IMG/VR virus record: IMGVR_UViG_3300020576_006930
Location: 75,133-139,132 of that record
DNA length: 64,000 bases
Reading direction: 5' to 3' (one strand)
Source of the DNA: a virus
Lineage: Duplodnaviria > Caudoviricetes
Shown here: piece by piece, positions 7,594 to 18,040 of the stretch
Numbering within the stretch: the stretch's first letter is position 1
Layout of the letters: each line of letters begins with the position of its first letter
Position numbers and translations under genes: made by a program
The notes under the pieces: model-generated
Told to the model about the DNA's origin: nothing
Seen by the model: the letters and a program-made list of their open reading frames with translations, nothing else
Databases searched by the model: none

Positions 7594-9810
7594 ATGGCAC
7601 ACGTTTTCTATCCCAGAGTAGCGGATACTTACATCCGCGTAGTCAGCGGTTCTACCTTGAATGAATTTCACGTTGGGACTGGGGATAATTTTATTTTTTA
7701 TTTGACGGGTTCGAATTTTGGGACAGCCTCATTGACGGCTAGCTATGCCATCTCCTCTTCCTATGCGCCAGGTTCTCCAAGTGTCAGTGCTTCTTATGCG
7801 TTAACCGCTTCCTACGCATTAAACGGAGGTAGTGTTGGATCAACTGCTAGCGCAGTCACCATTGCGGATATCGGTAATCCCAACACCGAATACGGCGTCG
7901 TGTTCGACGCCGGTACGGGGATAAATTTAGCGAGAAATGGCGGCGGAACCAGTCTTTTTTCATTTAACCCATCCACCGGTTCATTTAAAGCCGTAGTTTT
8001 CGTTGGCGATTTAACAGGGACCGCCAACGCAGCATCAACGGCATCTTATGCGTTGACCGCATCTTATGCGTTAAATGGTGGTGGTTCCGGCACAACTTTA
8101 AGTACCAGCAGTCTATATCCGGTAACTTCTTCCTGGGCTAAGACTTCAAGCGCAGTTACCGTGGTGGATATAGGCAACCCCAACACTGAATACGGCGTCG
8201 TTTTCCTCAGCGATGGCAGTAACTTAGTGCGCAACGGCGGTGGGACCAGCCTATTTGCGTTTAATCCTTCCACCGGTTCATTTAAAGCCCTGGTTTTCAT
8301 TGGTGACTTAACTGGCTCAGCCGCTAATGCGATATCAGCTTCGTATGCTTTAAGCGCAAGCTATGCGCTTTCAGCTTCGTATGCTTTAAGCGCAAGCTAT
8401 GCGCGGACCGCTTCCTATGCGTTTACTTCCAGTTTTTCATTCACTTCCATTTCATCCGCCTTTGCGGACTATTCCATCCAATCTTTAACAGCGTCTTATG
8501 CGCTTAATGGTGGAGCCGGAGGAACTTCAAGTTTTAGTATTTCGTCCAGTTGGGCCAGTCAATCCGCTTTTGCGCCGGTTATTTTTAGCAATGTCCAAGT
8601 TATTAATGGCCAGTTATTGATACTGAGCACCGACACCAATACTTGGTATTCGCTCGGCGTCAGTGATGACGGGTCCGGTTCCTATACGACCAATCTAACC
8701 CCGACCACTAACACGGGTAGTTATTACGCCAGCGGCAGTTTTTATTACGCAACTATTACCAGTTCCGTGTCGGCTTCGTGGGCCACCGCTTCCATTAGCG
8801 CATCCTATGCTCGGACGGCGAGTTATGCGCTAAATGGGGGTTCAGGAGGCTCAACGATTTCGGCGTCCTGGGCTTCTAGTTCTTTAAGTTCCAGTTATGT
8901 TTTGCCCTATCAAAACTATACCGTCACGCCGACGGGTTCAGGAAATTGGATCACTTGTAGTTTTTCTCTGTCCAATCAACAAGTCAATCTGACTACGGCG
9001 TTGGTTTACAACTTTACTCATAGTAATTTACCAAGTTCCGGCCAAATTGCCGATCTAGCGGTTTTCATAAGTCATTCCGCTAATAATACCAGCTCCTTGA
9101 TCTTTCCTCCACAATGGAGAAATATTGGTTCGGGCTGGCCGACGACAATCGCCGCAAATACGGTCGGCGTGGTTTGGTTGCGGGCGATTGACACCAATGT
9201 TATTGTTGGAACTTACGGAGTATCCGGCAGCTCAGCTTCAGTAAACTCAGGTTCCGGAACTACTTTGACCACGGGAAGTTTATACTCAATTACGGCTTCT
9301 TGGGCAATCAATTCAAATAGTTCTAGTTATTTAAATGCCTATCAAAATTTAGTGACGGTGGCGACCAGTTCTTTGAACTGGATAACTTGTAGCTTTTTAT
9401 ATCCCAGTCAACAAATCAGTCTTTCCGTTGCGCAAGTTTATAATTTTACGGCTAGTGGGCTGTCTAATTCCGGACAAGTGTCTGATATTGCTTTGTTTAT
9501 TAATCATTCGGCCGCTGGGTCTAGTTCTTTAGCCTTCCCCAACAACTGGAAAAATATCGGCGGGGGCTGGCCAAATACGATTTCCTCTAATACCGTCGGG
9601 GTTTTATGGTTACGTTCGTTGGACGCAAACACCATTATCGGATCGTTTAATGTGTCGGGAAGCATAAGTACTTCCGCAAGTTATGCGTTAAGTGCGTCGT
9701 ATGCTCCCGGTGCGCCTAGTCTTTCCGCATCTTATGCGTTAACCTCCTCCTATGTATTGTCAACGAACACTTTGAAAAATTTTTCCGTGGCTATGGCGAT
9801 TGCTCTATGA
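7594..9810 (+). CDS. Tail-fibre-like protein with ASYA repeats and two internal duplicated domains
   Basis: Many [ST]ASYA repeats; duplicated DIGNPNTEYGVVF..NGGGTSLF.FNPSTGSFKA unit; duplicated ~110-aa NWITCSF..GWP domain; ends VAMAIAL. Confidence 0.75.
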   Translation: MAHVFYPRVADTYIRVVSGSTLNEFHVGTGDNFIFYLTGSNFGTASLTASYAISSSYAPGSPSVSASYALTASYALNGGSVGSTASAVTIADIGNPNTEYGVVFDAGTGINLARNGGGTSLFSFNPSTGSFKAVVFVGDLTGTANAASTASYALTASYALNGGGSGTTLSTSSLYPVTSSWAKTSSAVTVVDIGNPNTEYGVVFLSDGSNLVRNGGGTSLFAFNPSTGSFKALVFIGDLTGSAANAISASYALSASYALSASYALSASYARTASYAFTSSFSFTSISSAFADYSIQSLTASYALNGGAGGTSSFSISSSWASQSAFAPVIFSNVQVINGQLLILSTDTNTWYSLGVSDDGSGSYTTNLTPTTNTGSYYASGSFYYATITSSVSASWATASISASYARTASYALNGGSGGSTISASWASSSLSSSYVLPYQNYTVTPTGSGNWITCSFSLSNQQVNLTTALVYNFTHSNLPSSGQIADLAVFISHSANNTSSLIFPPQWRNIGSGWPTTIAANTVGVVWLRAIDTNVIVGTYGVSGSSASVNSGSGTTLTTGSLYSITASWAINSNSSSYLNAYQNLVTVATSSLNWITCSFLYPSQQISLSVAQVYNFTASGLSNSGQVSDIALFINHSAAGSSSLAFPNNWKNIGGGWPNTISSNTVGVLWLRSLDANTIIGSFNVSGSISTSASYALSASYAPGAPSLSASYALTSSYVLSTNTLKNFSVAMAIAL
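8335..8404 (+). repeat. 36-nt tandem duplication encoding SASYALSASYAL
   Basis: tcagcttcgtatgctttaagcgcaagctatgcgc(tt) occurs at 8335 and 8371. Confidence 0.9.
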
Positions 9811-9853
9811 CATTCTTCATATTTATATCCCAATCATTCTATTTATCTGTACA

Positions 9854-10420
9854 ATGAAACAACTCATTCCTAACTATACCTTTAATGCGGCTACCAATCA
9901 AGTGACGCTAACGGACTACCCAACCTTGGATTTGGAACGTTTATTGTTGATTACCAACGTCACCGATAACATATTTTTATATAATTTTGCCGACCCAACC
10001 ATTGGGGCAACGGTTGCGGGTAATACCATCACTTTAGCCTATAACACCACGGCAATGAGTGATACGGACAAACTTCAGATTTTTTACGATGTGGCAAGTA
10101 ATGCGCCGGCGTCGGAAGAAAGTTTACAATTATTGAAGGAGCAGGTTATTTTAACCCGCAAACTACTCAAAACCACCGAATGTTTGGCTACGGTCGATCT
10201 TAACCAGAGGATGAAGGTAGACCTGGACGGTTACCAAGGCGCAACTTTAACCGCGACGGGTTTAACGACTCGGGTTTTGGATTCTGGCGGCTCGACGATG
10301 TATACTATCAATGGATCGACTTTGACTCTATTGTCAGCTATTCCAGAGTTATGGCGAACGATTGATCAAGCACGCATTTCTTACAATTCTGGTATCCGGG
10401 CAAATTTAACGTTTTCATAA
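9854..10420 (+). CDS. Putative virion/tail-fibre connector protein
   Basis: ATG at 9854 (MKQLIPNYTFNAATNQVTL..LLLITNVTDNIFLYNFADP) follows TATTTAT at 9840; lies between fibre genes. Confidence 0.65.
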   Translation: MKQLIPNYTFNAATNQVTLTDYPTLDLERLLLITNVTDNIFLYNFADPTIGATVAGNTITLAYNTTAMSDTDKLQIFYDVASNAPASEESLQLLKEQVILTRKLLKTTECLATVDLNQRMKVDLDGYQGATLTATGLTTRVLDSGGSTMYTINGSTLTLLSAIPELWRTIDQARISYNSGIRANLTFS

Positions 10421-10423
10421 TCT

Positions 10424-12832
10424 ATGGCTTTAACCAATACACTAAAACAAAAAGTTGATCTTCCAGTATGGGAGTGGATGCGCCCTTGCCCTATCGCCAC
10501 TGCCGCTGGCGGAACGCTTACAACAGCGGATGACGGTGCCCACCGTTATCTATATTATTTGGGCGCGACTTTCTATCGTTACGACACCATATCCGATTCT
10601 TGGAATCAACTAACCACTCCACCCGTAGCTAACAGCGGTATCGCATCCATTAAATACACGGGGTATCGTGGTTATTATGGCCGCGCCATCTCTGCGCCCA
10701 GCGCTAATACTTTGCGCATCGCGGGATTATATGGCAAAGCCTTGTCCGGTTATCGCATTCGGATTATTAGCGGCACTGGCGCTGGTCAGGAACGAACGAT
10801 AACTGATGTCGCTGATCCTATTATTTGGGAGCGGGGGGTAGTAACGGCGGTTTCAACGACCACCCCGTTGTCTCTGTCGGATAGCACCAAAACCTGGGCC
10901 TTTAATCGTTATCGGGATTATCAAGTACGCATTGTATTGGGAACAGGAGTAGCCACCCGACAAACTTTTAAAATTCAGTATAACAGCAATAACACCGTTT
11001 ATGTCGCGGATGGTAACTATCAGGGTCTTGAACCGTTCGTGGGCGCATGGTATCGTGCGTGGACAACCAGTCCTGTTACGACTGGTGGTTCTCAGACTAT
11101 TTTTCAGATTGAATCCAATGATATTACGGTTAATTCCAATTGGGATATTTTACCAAATAATACCTCACGTTTTGTTGTCCTGAGCGGAGGGATATGGGCT
11201 TTGACCGGTGGCACGAACTTTGTGTTGATGTACTATGACATTCTGTCTGACGCATGGTATAGTAAAACCTCCCAAGGCGCAACCGGGATTGGGCCAAGCG
11301 CAGCTTTAGCCACCGATGTAGTCTTAGAGAAGTTGGGTGAATACGCCGGCGCATTTTGGTCCGGATCAGCCACCAGTGGCAGTTTACGCAATTTAACCGA
11401 TGCGACTTTGAATTTGTCAGAAAATCAATATGTCAATTACCGTGTTCGAATAACAAGTGGTTCCGGCTGGGGTCAGGAACGAACAATTATATCCAGCAGT
11501 GTCAATACTTTAACGGTTGCTCCGCCATTTTCGATTTCGCCACTATCTTCATCACAATACAAAATTTACGGTGACACAGATAAGTTGTTATGGACCGGTG
11601 ACGGTAAAGCATCTCTCTACAAATATTCTGCCGAAGCAGATATTCACGTTCAGTCAGATATCTTAGATTACGGTTGCCCCGCTCAGTATTGTTTTACTTG
11701 GGCTGGGATGCCAACTGCTGCGCAACCAATTTCATCCATTACCAGGGTGGGAACTTTAGCGCAAGTCACGACCTCCTATAACCACTGCCTATCTGCGAGT
11801 AATGTAGTTCAGATTTACGGAGCAAGCGATCCGCTTTACAACATTTCCGCTAGCGTCACTTCCGTCCCAACGCTTACTGGATTTACTTATGTTATGGCTG
11901 GTACTCCAGGTTCTAATGCGACGACGGCTATACCCGCGCTTTCCATTAACAATCTATCAGATCCCAGTAAAAACTGGATTACTAATGAACATAGTGGTAG
12001 CATTTGTATTTATCAAAGCGCAACCGTAGGCACATATAACCCTGTGTTTCGTGCGTTTCGCATTCAAAATAATACTTCCCAGTCATTGACTCTCTTTTCA
12101 TCCTCCGCTGCCCCAATTATCGGAGGAAAATACGCGATTTGTTCCCAACAAGCCTTTGGCACATATTATTCCGCGTCTGTTCCTGTAATGGGCAGCGCCA
12201 CAACTCTTGGATCGACCACAACAATTGTGGATAGCACTAAAACTTGGCCGGTTAATATTTTTGCGGGATATCGTGTCAAAGTAATGGCCGGCGCCGGCCA
12301 TGGCTCAGAAGTAGCCATCACCTCTAACACGGCTACAACTTTAACGGTCGGCACATTATTAGCCGCTTCCGATACTAGTTCAATGTATTGTGTCCTGGGA
12401 TCTCCGGTTAAAGGATTATCCCACGGTTTACTTTGGGCCGGGTCTACTTCCGGATCATTATATTCCGGCTACGAAAAATATCTATACTCACCGGTCGGCG
12501 GCGCCTCTTCCCAATTGACAAGGTTTAACCTTCAAACGGATCAGTGGGAACTTATTGAGTGGTATCCATTTATGGAAACCCTAACCACTGGCACTTGTTA
12601 TGCTTACGACGGAACCAATGATATTTATTTCCAAAAGGATAATACTGGAAGAATTTATCGTTTGGATGTCGCAACCTTGGTGGTTGAACCCGCAGCGACG
12701 ATCCCTTACGGCCATAGCACCGTGCTTCTGGGTAATCGTATGGAAATCATTCAAACCGAAGACGATCTCAAATACTTATACATTATGCGTAACACGGGTC
12801 AGGAGATGTGGCGCACGCTTTTGTTTTGGTAA
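10424..12832 (+). CDS. Putative receptor-binding protein: Kelch-like propeller segments interrupted by repeated beta modules
   Basis: FYRYDTISDSW and MYYDILSDAW blade-like motifs; four or five repeats of Y[RQ][IV]RI..G.G.GQ.R.I. Confidence 0.6.
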   Translation: MALTNTLKQKVDLPVWEWMRPCPIATAAGGTLTTADDGAHRYLYYLGATFYRYDTISDSWNQLTTPPVANSGIASIKYTGYRGYYGRAISAPSANTLRIAGLYGKALSGYRIRIISGTGAGQERTITDVADPIIWERGVVTAVSTTTPLSLSDSTKTWAFNRYRDYQVRIVLGTGVATRQTFKIQYNSNNTVYVADGNYQGLEPFVGAWYRAWTTSPVTTGGSQTIFQIESNDITVNSNWDILPNNTSRFVVLSGGIWALTGGTNFVLMYYDILSDAWYSKTSQGATGIGPSAALATDVVLEKLGEYAGAFWSGSATSGSLRNLTDATLNLSENQYVNYRVRITSGSGWGQERTIISSSVNTLTVAPPFSISPLSSSQYKIYGDTDKLLWTGDGKASLYKYSAEADIHVQSDILDYGCPAQYCFTWAGMPTAAQPISSITRVGTLAQVTTSYNHCLSASNVVQIYGASDPLYNISASVTSVPTLTGFTYVMAGTPGSNATTAIPALSINNLSDPSKNWITNEHSGSICIYQSATVGTYNPVFRAFRIQNNTSQSLTLFSSSAAPIIGGKYAICSQQAFGTYYSASVPVMGSATTLGSTTTIVDSTKTWPVNIFAGYRVKVMAGAGHGSEVAITSNTATTLTVGTLLAASDTSSMYCVLGSPVKGLSHGLLWAGSTSGSLYSGYEKYLYSPVGGASSQLTRFNLQTDQWELIEWYPFMETLTTGTCYAYDGTNDIYFQKDNTGRIYRLDVATLVVEPAATIPYGHSTVLLGNRMEIIQTEDDLKYLYIMRNTGQEMWRTLLFW

Positions 12833-12850
12833 AGAAAATTCAATACATAT

Positions 12851-14065
12851 ATGAATATGACACGCAAACTTTTAATTGGTTTTTTAATCTGGAGTATGAC
12901 TCTGACAATGTTCGGCGCAACCGTATCTCTGATCTACGATTCTGTCACGGGAACAATATTGAGTCGCAAAGAGTTGATTTTTCCGTCCAATGCGACTTTT
13001 AACGCGCAGGTATCCATTTATAGCCAAACCAACTCCATTTTAAATGTGGGCATCCTGAACCTAACTAATAGTCTAATCGTTAATGGTTCAGGTGTACTAT
13101 CCCAACTTGCAGTCGGGGCAACCAACGCTTCCGGCGGAACCAATATTCTTGAGCTTTTGTATAATGGGGTGAAGTTGGGGCGTTTCGGAACAAATGGGAT
13201 TTGGTATGGTAATTTCGCCGGGGCGACCAATCTGCCCATAAGCGCATTTTGGGGCTCGGGTGGCACGAACACGGCAAATACAAACGGTACATTAGGACAA
13301 GCTCTGTTTAGTTCCGGCAATGGCGGTGTATATTTCGGAGCAAGTCAGACACCAGGTGTTTTGTTTGGTGACCGGGCCGTCTGGAATGGGACGGCGTGGG
13401 AAGACGACTCACGATGGACGCATTTTGAGAATGAGTTTTTTCTTGCGCAATCCGTTGGCTACCCAATGGCAGTTTTCGGTACCGGAACTGGGGCTGGGGT
13501 AAGCAGCGTAGATACGACGAGCAATCGCCTCGGCGTGGTTACTCTGTCGCCCGGAACAACTGCCAATGGCTATTATGGTGAGTGTATTGGCAGCGCAGCC
13601 ATTCGAGCGTTTACCTGGGGACAAGGTGAAAAGATGATCACCGATCTGACTTGTTATGTGGACACCTTATCCGACGATACAGAGAATTATTGTTTTCAAT
13701 TTGGTTATAGCGATTCACAAACCACAAATAATCCAGCGGATACCTTGCTTGTACAATACTCTAACAATACCAACGCGGGGAAATGGGAAATTATGTCACG
13801 CAATTCTACAGGCAGCACAAATGTTTACGATATCGGCACGAATGTCGTCGCTAGACGTTGGTATGACATTCGTCTTGTTACCGACACGGATGGCACAAGT
13901 TCTGCTTACCTGGACGGTGTTCTGGTTAAGTCTGGTATTCCCGCCACGTCAGGTCAAGTCATTCCGATGTTTAGGGTAAATAAAGCCGCGGGGCTACTAG
14001 ATCGGCCGATCCGGTTGGATTATTATCGTTGGTCTATCAAGCGGGCGACTACCAAATATCAATGA
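12851..14065 (+). CDS. Signal-peptide-bearing fibre-like protein with C-terminal lectin/ConA-like domain
   Basis: MTRKLLIGFLIWSMTLTMFG-A signal peptide; GTLGQALFSSGNGGVYF fibre-like motif; WYDIRL..SAYLDGVLV ConA-like motif. Confidence 0.65.
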   Translation: MNMTRKLLIGFLIWSMTLTMFGATVSLIYDSVTGTILSRKELIFPSNATFNAQVSIYSQTNSILNVGILNLTNSLIVNGSGVLSQLAVGATNASGGTNILELLYNGVKLGRFGTNGIWYGNFAGATNLPISAFWGSGGTNTANTNGTLGQALFSSGNGGVYFGASQTPGVLFGDRAVWNGTAWEDDSRWTHFENEFFLAQSVGYPMAVFGTGTGAGVSSVDTTSNRLGVVTLSPGTTANGYYGECIGSAAIRAFTWGQGEKMITDLTCYVDTLSDDTENYCFQFGYSDSQTTNNPADTLLVQYSNNTNAGKWEIMSRNSTGSTNVYDIGTNVVARRWYDIRLVTDTDGTSSAYLDGVLVKSGIPATSGQVIPMFRVNKAAGLLDRPIRLDYYRWSIKRATTKYQ

Positions 14066-17000
14066 GATACGCAATTTTTATATTTTTATTGTTATGCTTG
14101 GTGTTAAATTCTCCAGCGGAAAACCGCGTCCCCAATTCTGGATTTGAATTAGGACCTTCGCGTGGTTGGTTGTCGTGGGAAAATTTAAATAAACCGACGT
14201 TTAATGGCAACGGATCGCTCTACACATTCATGAACACGAATGCGAATTCCGGCGGTTATTCCTTTCGATCCACTGGAAGGTTGCGTTCTCGCTTGTTTTG
14301 GTTAACCAATGGAAATTATGTTCTGACTTTTTCTGCCAAAGCAACTTCCGCCCATACTCATAAAGCGGGAATTTTAAACGAAACCGCAGGTGTAACTACC
14401 GTTGATCCGACAGATACGATTTCAGTCACTACCTCTTGGGCACGGTATACAAATACTTTCACGGCAACCAGTGATGGTCTTTATTTTGTAAAATTTATTG
14501 ATGTTAACGCGTCGGTTTTTTATGTGGATGATGTTCAGGTTGAGTCCGGCGTAACGGCGCATGACTATGCGCCTTCAACTCCAGTTGAACTTGGTATTAC
14601 GATTCCCCAGACAAATTCTATGTTTTTTGTTGGTCAAACGGCGCAGTTCACACTTAACTTTTGGAACACAGGCCCGCCGACCAATGCCACGGCGCGGTAT
14701 GATGTTTATGATTTCTGGAACTCAAATGTGTTGAGCGGAGTTACCTCCGTCGCCCTGGCGGCAGCAACGAACACCACCACTAATATAAATATCCCCAATC
14801 TAACCGGCTGGTTTCGGGTAATGACTAGACTTGCGGATTATCCCGATTCGTGGGACGAAGCCACGTTAGTCGCATATCCGTTTGCGTCGAATATTACCTA
14901 CAACGCAGCAACGGACTGGCTCGGCGGGCATCCACAAGATTCCACAAACAATATTAATCGTGAAATGATGGCAGGGCGACACATCGGGAGAACTCTCGGG
15001 CCTGGATGGCAAGCCAATCGCTGGGGATTTGTGTCGGGTATTGAATATAATCAAGGGGTATTTGACTGGAACGATTACGCCATCACAAATTTGACGCAGC
15101 AAGGAATGTATGTGGTTGCGACCCTGACTCCGGAAGACGGAACGTGGCCGCATTACTTTACGAATAGCGAGGCGGTGAATCTGGGGCTGTGGAGTAACTA
15201 CTGCTACAAGCTGGTTTACCGCTACAATGTCGAACTTGGACTCAGCAACAGCATCATTTATGAGGTTGGACCAAATGAACCACTACAATCCGGTCCGACT
15301 ACACCCATCAATGTCCGGGACGCCGTGACCTACGCTAATGTTCTGACCTACGGCGTTTGGGGCGCAACCAATGCGCATGGGAGCGCAAAACTAATCGGTA
15401 TTGCCGGTGCGGCTGGAGCGGGTGAATGGGCTTGGTGGGTCTACACGAACTTACCAGCCGGAACAAAGGCAGCACTAACGGCGGTTTCCACCCACGTCTA
15501 CCCACAGGATTCAGTGGGGGTTGCTTTAAACCCAAACGGAAGTTTTAACGCAGTAAGCTTCGTGAATAATTCTTACGGTTATGCGACCAATTTTGCGGGG
15601 ATCAAGCCTGTCTGGAATACGGAATCCGGAGTAGGAACTGTTTCAGGCTTCAAAGGTCAAAATACAATGTGGACGAATTATTATTCATTGTTTAAAACCG
15701 ATTACACTTATGAGAGCCAACGAATGGAACGGCAGAGCCGAAGTTTAACGGCGGTAATTACCAGCACTGAAGAAGCTCTCCGTGGTCTTGGCGCTGGTTT
15801 GGATAAGTTTTTATATTATGATTGTCGGAGATTTAACGATGCTTCATTTCAAACCGCTCAACCATACGGTCAAGATTATATGCAAGTTGATCACCCGCAT
15901 CTAGTCTCCTTGTCCATCGCACAATATATGGTAACACACGGCTTTGGTCGGGTTGTCAATAGTGGAGAAACTAAAGTTGAAGCCTATTCTTTTACTAATT
16001 CCAGTGGCAATGCGGTAATAGCGGCGTGGAACTACGACCGCACCAACCGAACGGCGACGTTAACCAATGCGTTTTTTGCCGCTTACGACGTAATGGGAAA
16101 TCGGATTTCCACTAACTCAGCAAACATCGCACTAGACCGATTTCCAACCTACTTTGTGAGCAGCACGCTTTCGTTAGTTCAGATGAGCAATATGTTTTGT
16201 ACAGCAACGTTTGTTAATGTTGCCGATACGATTCCACCTCAGGTTTCCTTCTCCGTTGCGCCGACTGGAGCGTGGAACGGTGATTCCGCCGGAACATTGG
16301 TTAAATGGGACGCGTTGGATAACCGGTGGTCGAATTATCCTGAGGGCTACGATTACACTAATATTCTCAGCAAATATTCACTAGACGGAGCTGCCTATAC
16401 CACTTATTCCCAGAGCAATTACGTTTGGTTATCTGGGCTGTCAGCTGGCAACCACACAATTAAAGTTACAGTTAAAGATAAAAATAACAATGCCGACGAA
16501 TGGACATATGATTTTTTGGCTGGCGAAGACATCCCGGTTATTACCATCACCTCACCGACTAACAATCAACCTTCCGTCGCGACATCAATAACGGTTACCG
16601 GAACAAGTTCTGATAATGATACGGTGAGTGGGGTTTCTTTAACTAACATATCAACTGGAGTCGGCGCAACCGTAACCGGAACCACTTCTTGGAGCGCAAC
16701 AATGACGTTGCGGCAAGGAACAAATACATTACAAGCCGTAGTCACAGATAATTTAAGTAATAAAGCAACTAATTCAATTGATGTCATAGCGGTCAACCTG
16801 ACAAACCGGAACACCGCCGTTAAATCTCCCTATTTAGGTGTACAGTATTTACAAATTCAGAATCCCGCTGCCCAGCATACTTTGATGTCTAATGTGCCCG
16901 CCACCTATGTCAATATGCCTATCACGTATGCGATCCTGACTGGCGGCGCATACGGGGGCCACGCAAACGGAACAAATTATTACGATGCGACGTATGCCGC

Positions 17001-18021
17001 CAATACAAACGCGGGGTGGAATATCATTTTACAATTTTCTGATATGCCCACGAATCTTATTGCCACATATGTTCCTTATTTAGTTGCTAGGTACCCTTCG
17101 TGGATGGTGATCCCGTTGAATGAGAATGACAGCGCAGCGGAGTCGTCGGCGATCATCAAGTTGTTCCGGACGGCGTTACCGACGCAACGGCTCGGAGGTC
17201 CAGCTCTTTATCATATCGTCAACCCACCATATATTGATGCTTTGATCGCGAGCAACGCATTCCAATTACTTGACAGCTTCGTCGCACACGATTACCTTGC
17301 GGTGCCGTTGAACGGGCTCTGCACGGCTGGCTGGTGGACGAATAGCTACTATCACCCGAGCAACACGCCGACGGGCTACCATCCGGAGTGGTCGGTTGGG
17401 AATCTGCCTAGCCGTTTAACGTGGATGAATAGCTACACGAACCAATTGCGGACGGATTATACCGATACCCCGAAGGCAATTGTTTCAGAATATGGCATTT
17501 ATCAAAATGATGTTCCTGATGGCGAATACGCAGGACGTATATTCCGTTCTATGCATATACCAGTTTTCGTCACGGCGAACTTCGCCACCACTAATCAGTG
17601 TCCATATAATAATGCTCTATACGATGGAGTTGGGGTTGGTTATTTCACCGAAAGTCAACAGGAATTTCTTTCCAGTGTAGAAATTACCAGTTCTTGTGCG
17701 GTTGCTTCTCCCGTCGTCGTGGCAAGTGGAGGCGCAGGTTTATATAGCACAAGTAGTAGTACAATTAACGTATCAGGAACTTCAGATAATCCTGACGCGG
17801 TGATCTCGTGGAGTAATTCCCGAGGCGGCGCCGGATCGGCAACGGGCAATCTGACGTGGAGTAAGACGGGGATAACTCTTTATAGCGGTGGTAATACCTT
17901 AACTTTTACCGCAACATCAGGAGAGGATAGCACGTCTACTACATTAACGGTTACGTATACTCCGCCGCCTCCTGGTGGTTCGACGAACAATGTTTGGATA
18001 TTAAATCTTTACAACCACTGA
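14062..18021 (+). CDS. Exported multidomain glycoside hydrolase: signal peptide, CBM4/9-like, clan GH-A domain, Ig-like domains, second GH-A-like domain, Ig-like domain
   Basis: ATG 14062 overlaps the upstream TGA (ATGA). MRYAIFIFLLLCLVLNSPA signal peptide; NSGFE..FYVDDVQVE CBM; NEP and WNTESG catalytic-Glu motifs; a second LNE..HDY..VSEYG set. Confidence 0.7.
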   Translation: MRYAIFIFLLLCLVLNSPAENRVPNSGFELGPSRGWLSWENLNKPTFNGNGSLYTFMNTNANSGGYSFRSTGRLRSRLFWLTNGNYVLTFSAKATSAHTHKAGILNETAGVTTVDPTDTISVTTSWARYTNTFTATSDGLYFVKFIDVNASVFYVDDVQVESGVTAHDYAPSTPVELGITIPQTNSMFFVGQTAQFTLNFWNTGPPTNATARYDVYDFWNSNVLSGVTSVALAAATNTTTNINIPNLTGWFRVMTRLADYPDSWDEATLVAYPFASNITYNAATDWLGGHPQDSTNNINREMMAGRHIGRTLGPGWQANRWGFVSGIEYNQGVFDWNDYAITNLTQQGMYVVATLTPEDGTWPHYFTNSEAVNLGLWSNYCYKLVYRYNVELGLSNSIIYEVGPNEPLQSGPTTPINVRDAVTYANVLTYGVWGATNAHGSAKLIGIAGAAGAGEWAWWVYTNLPAGTKAALTAVSTHVYPQDSVGVALNPNGSFNAVSFVNNSYGYATNFAGIKPVWNTESGVGTVSGFKGQNTMWTNYYSLFKTDYTYESQRMERQSRSLTAVITSTEEALRGLGAGLDKFLYYDCRRFNDASFQTAQPYGQDYMQVDHPHLVSLSIAQYMVTHGFGRVVNSGETKVEAYSFTNSSGNAVIAAWNYDRTNRTATLTNAFFAAYDVMGNRISTNSANIALDRFPTYFVSSTLSLVQMSNMFCTATFVNVADTIPPQVSFSVAPTGAWNGDSAGTLVKWDALDNRWSNYPEGYDYTNILSKYSLDGAAYTTYSQSNYVWLSGLSAGNHTIKVTVKDKNNNADEWTYDFLAGEDIPVITITSPTNNQPSVATSITVTGTSSDNDTVSGVSLTNISTGVGATVTGTTSWSATMTLRQGTNTLQAVVTDNLSNKATNSIDVIAVNLTNRNTAVKSPYLGVQYLQIQNPAAQHTLMSNVPATYVNMPITYAILTGGAYGGHANGTNYYDATYAANTNAGWNIILQFSDMPTNLIATYVPYLVARYPSWMVIPLNENDSAAESSAIIKLFRTALPTQRLGGPALYHIVNPPYIDALIASNAFQLLDSFVAHDYLAVPLNGLCTAGWWTNSYYHPSNTPTGYHPEWSVGNLPSRLTWMNSYTNQLRTDYTDTPKAIVSEYGIYQNDVPDGEYAGRIFRSMHIPVFVTANFATTNQCPYNNALYDGVGVGYFTESQQEFLSSVEITSSCAVASPVVVASGGAGLYSTSSSTINVSGTSDNPDAVISWSNSRGGAGSATGNLTWSKTGITLYSGGNTLTFTATSGEDSTSTTLTVTYTPPPPGGSTNNVWILNLYNH

Positions 18022-18040
18022 TTGATAGTTATGGCGTGAT

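Noticed and set aside
7740-9760. CRISPR array or DGR template/variable repeat pair
   Set aside because: The repeats are in-frame coding duplications with synonymous divergence. There are no spacers, no adenine-specific differences and no reverse transcriptase in the window.
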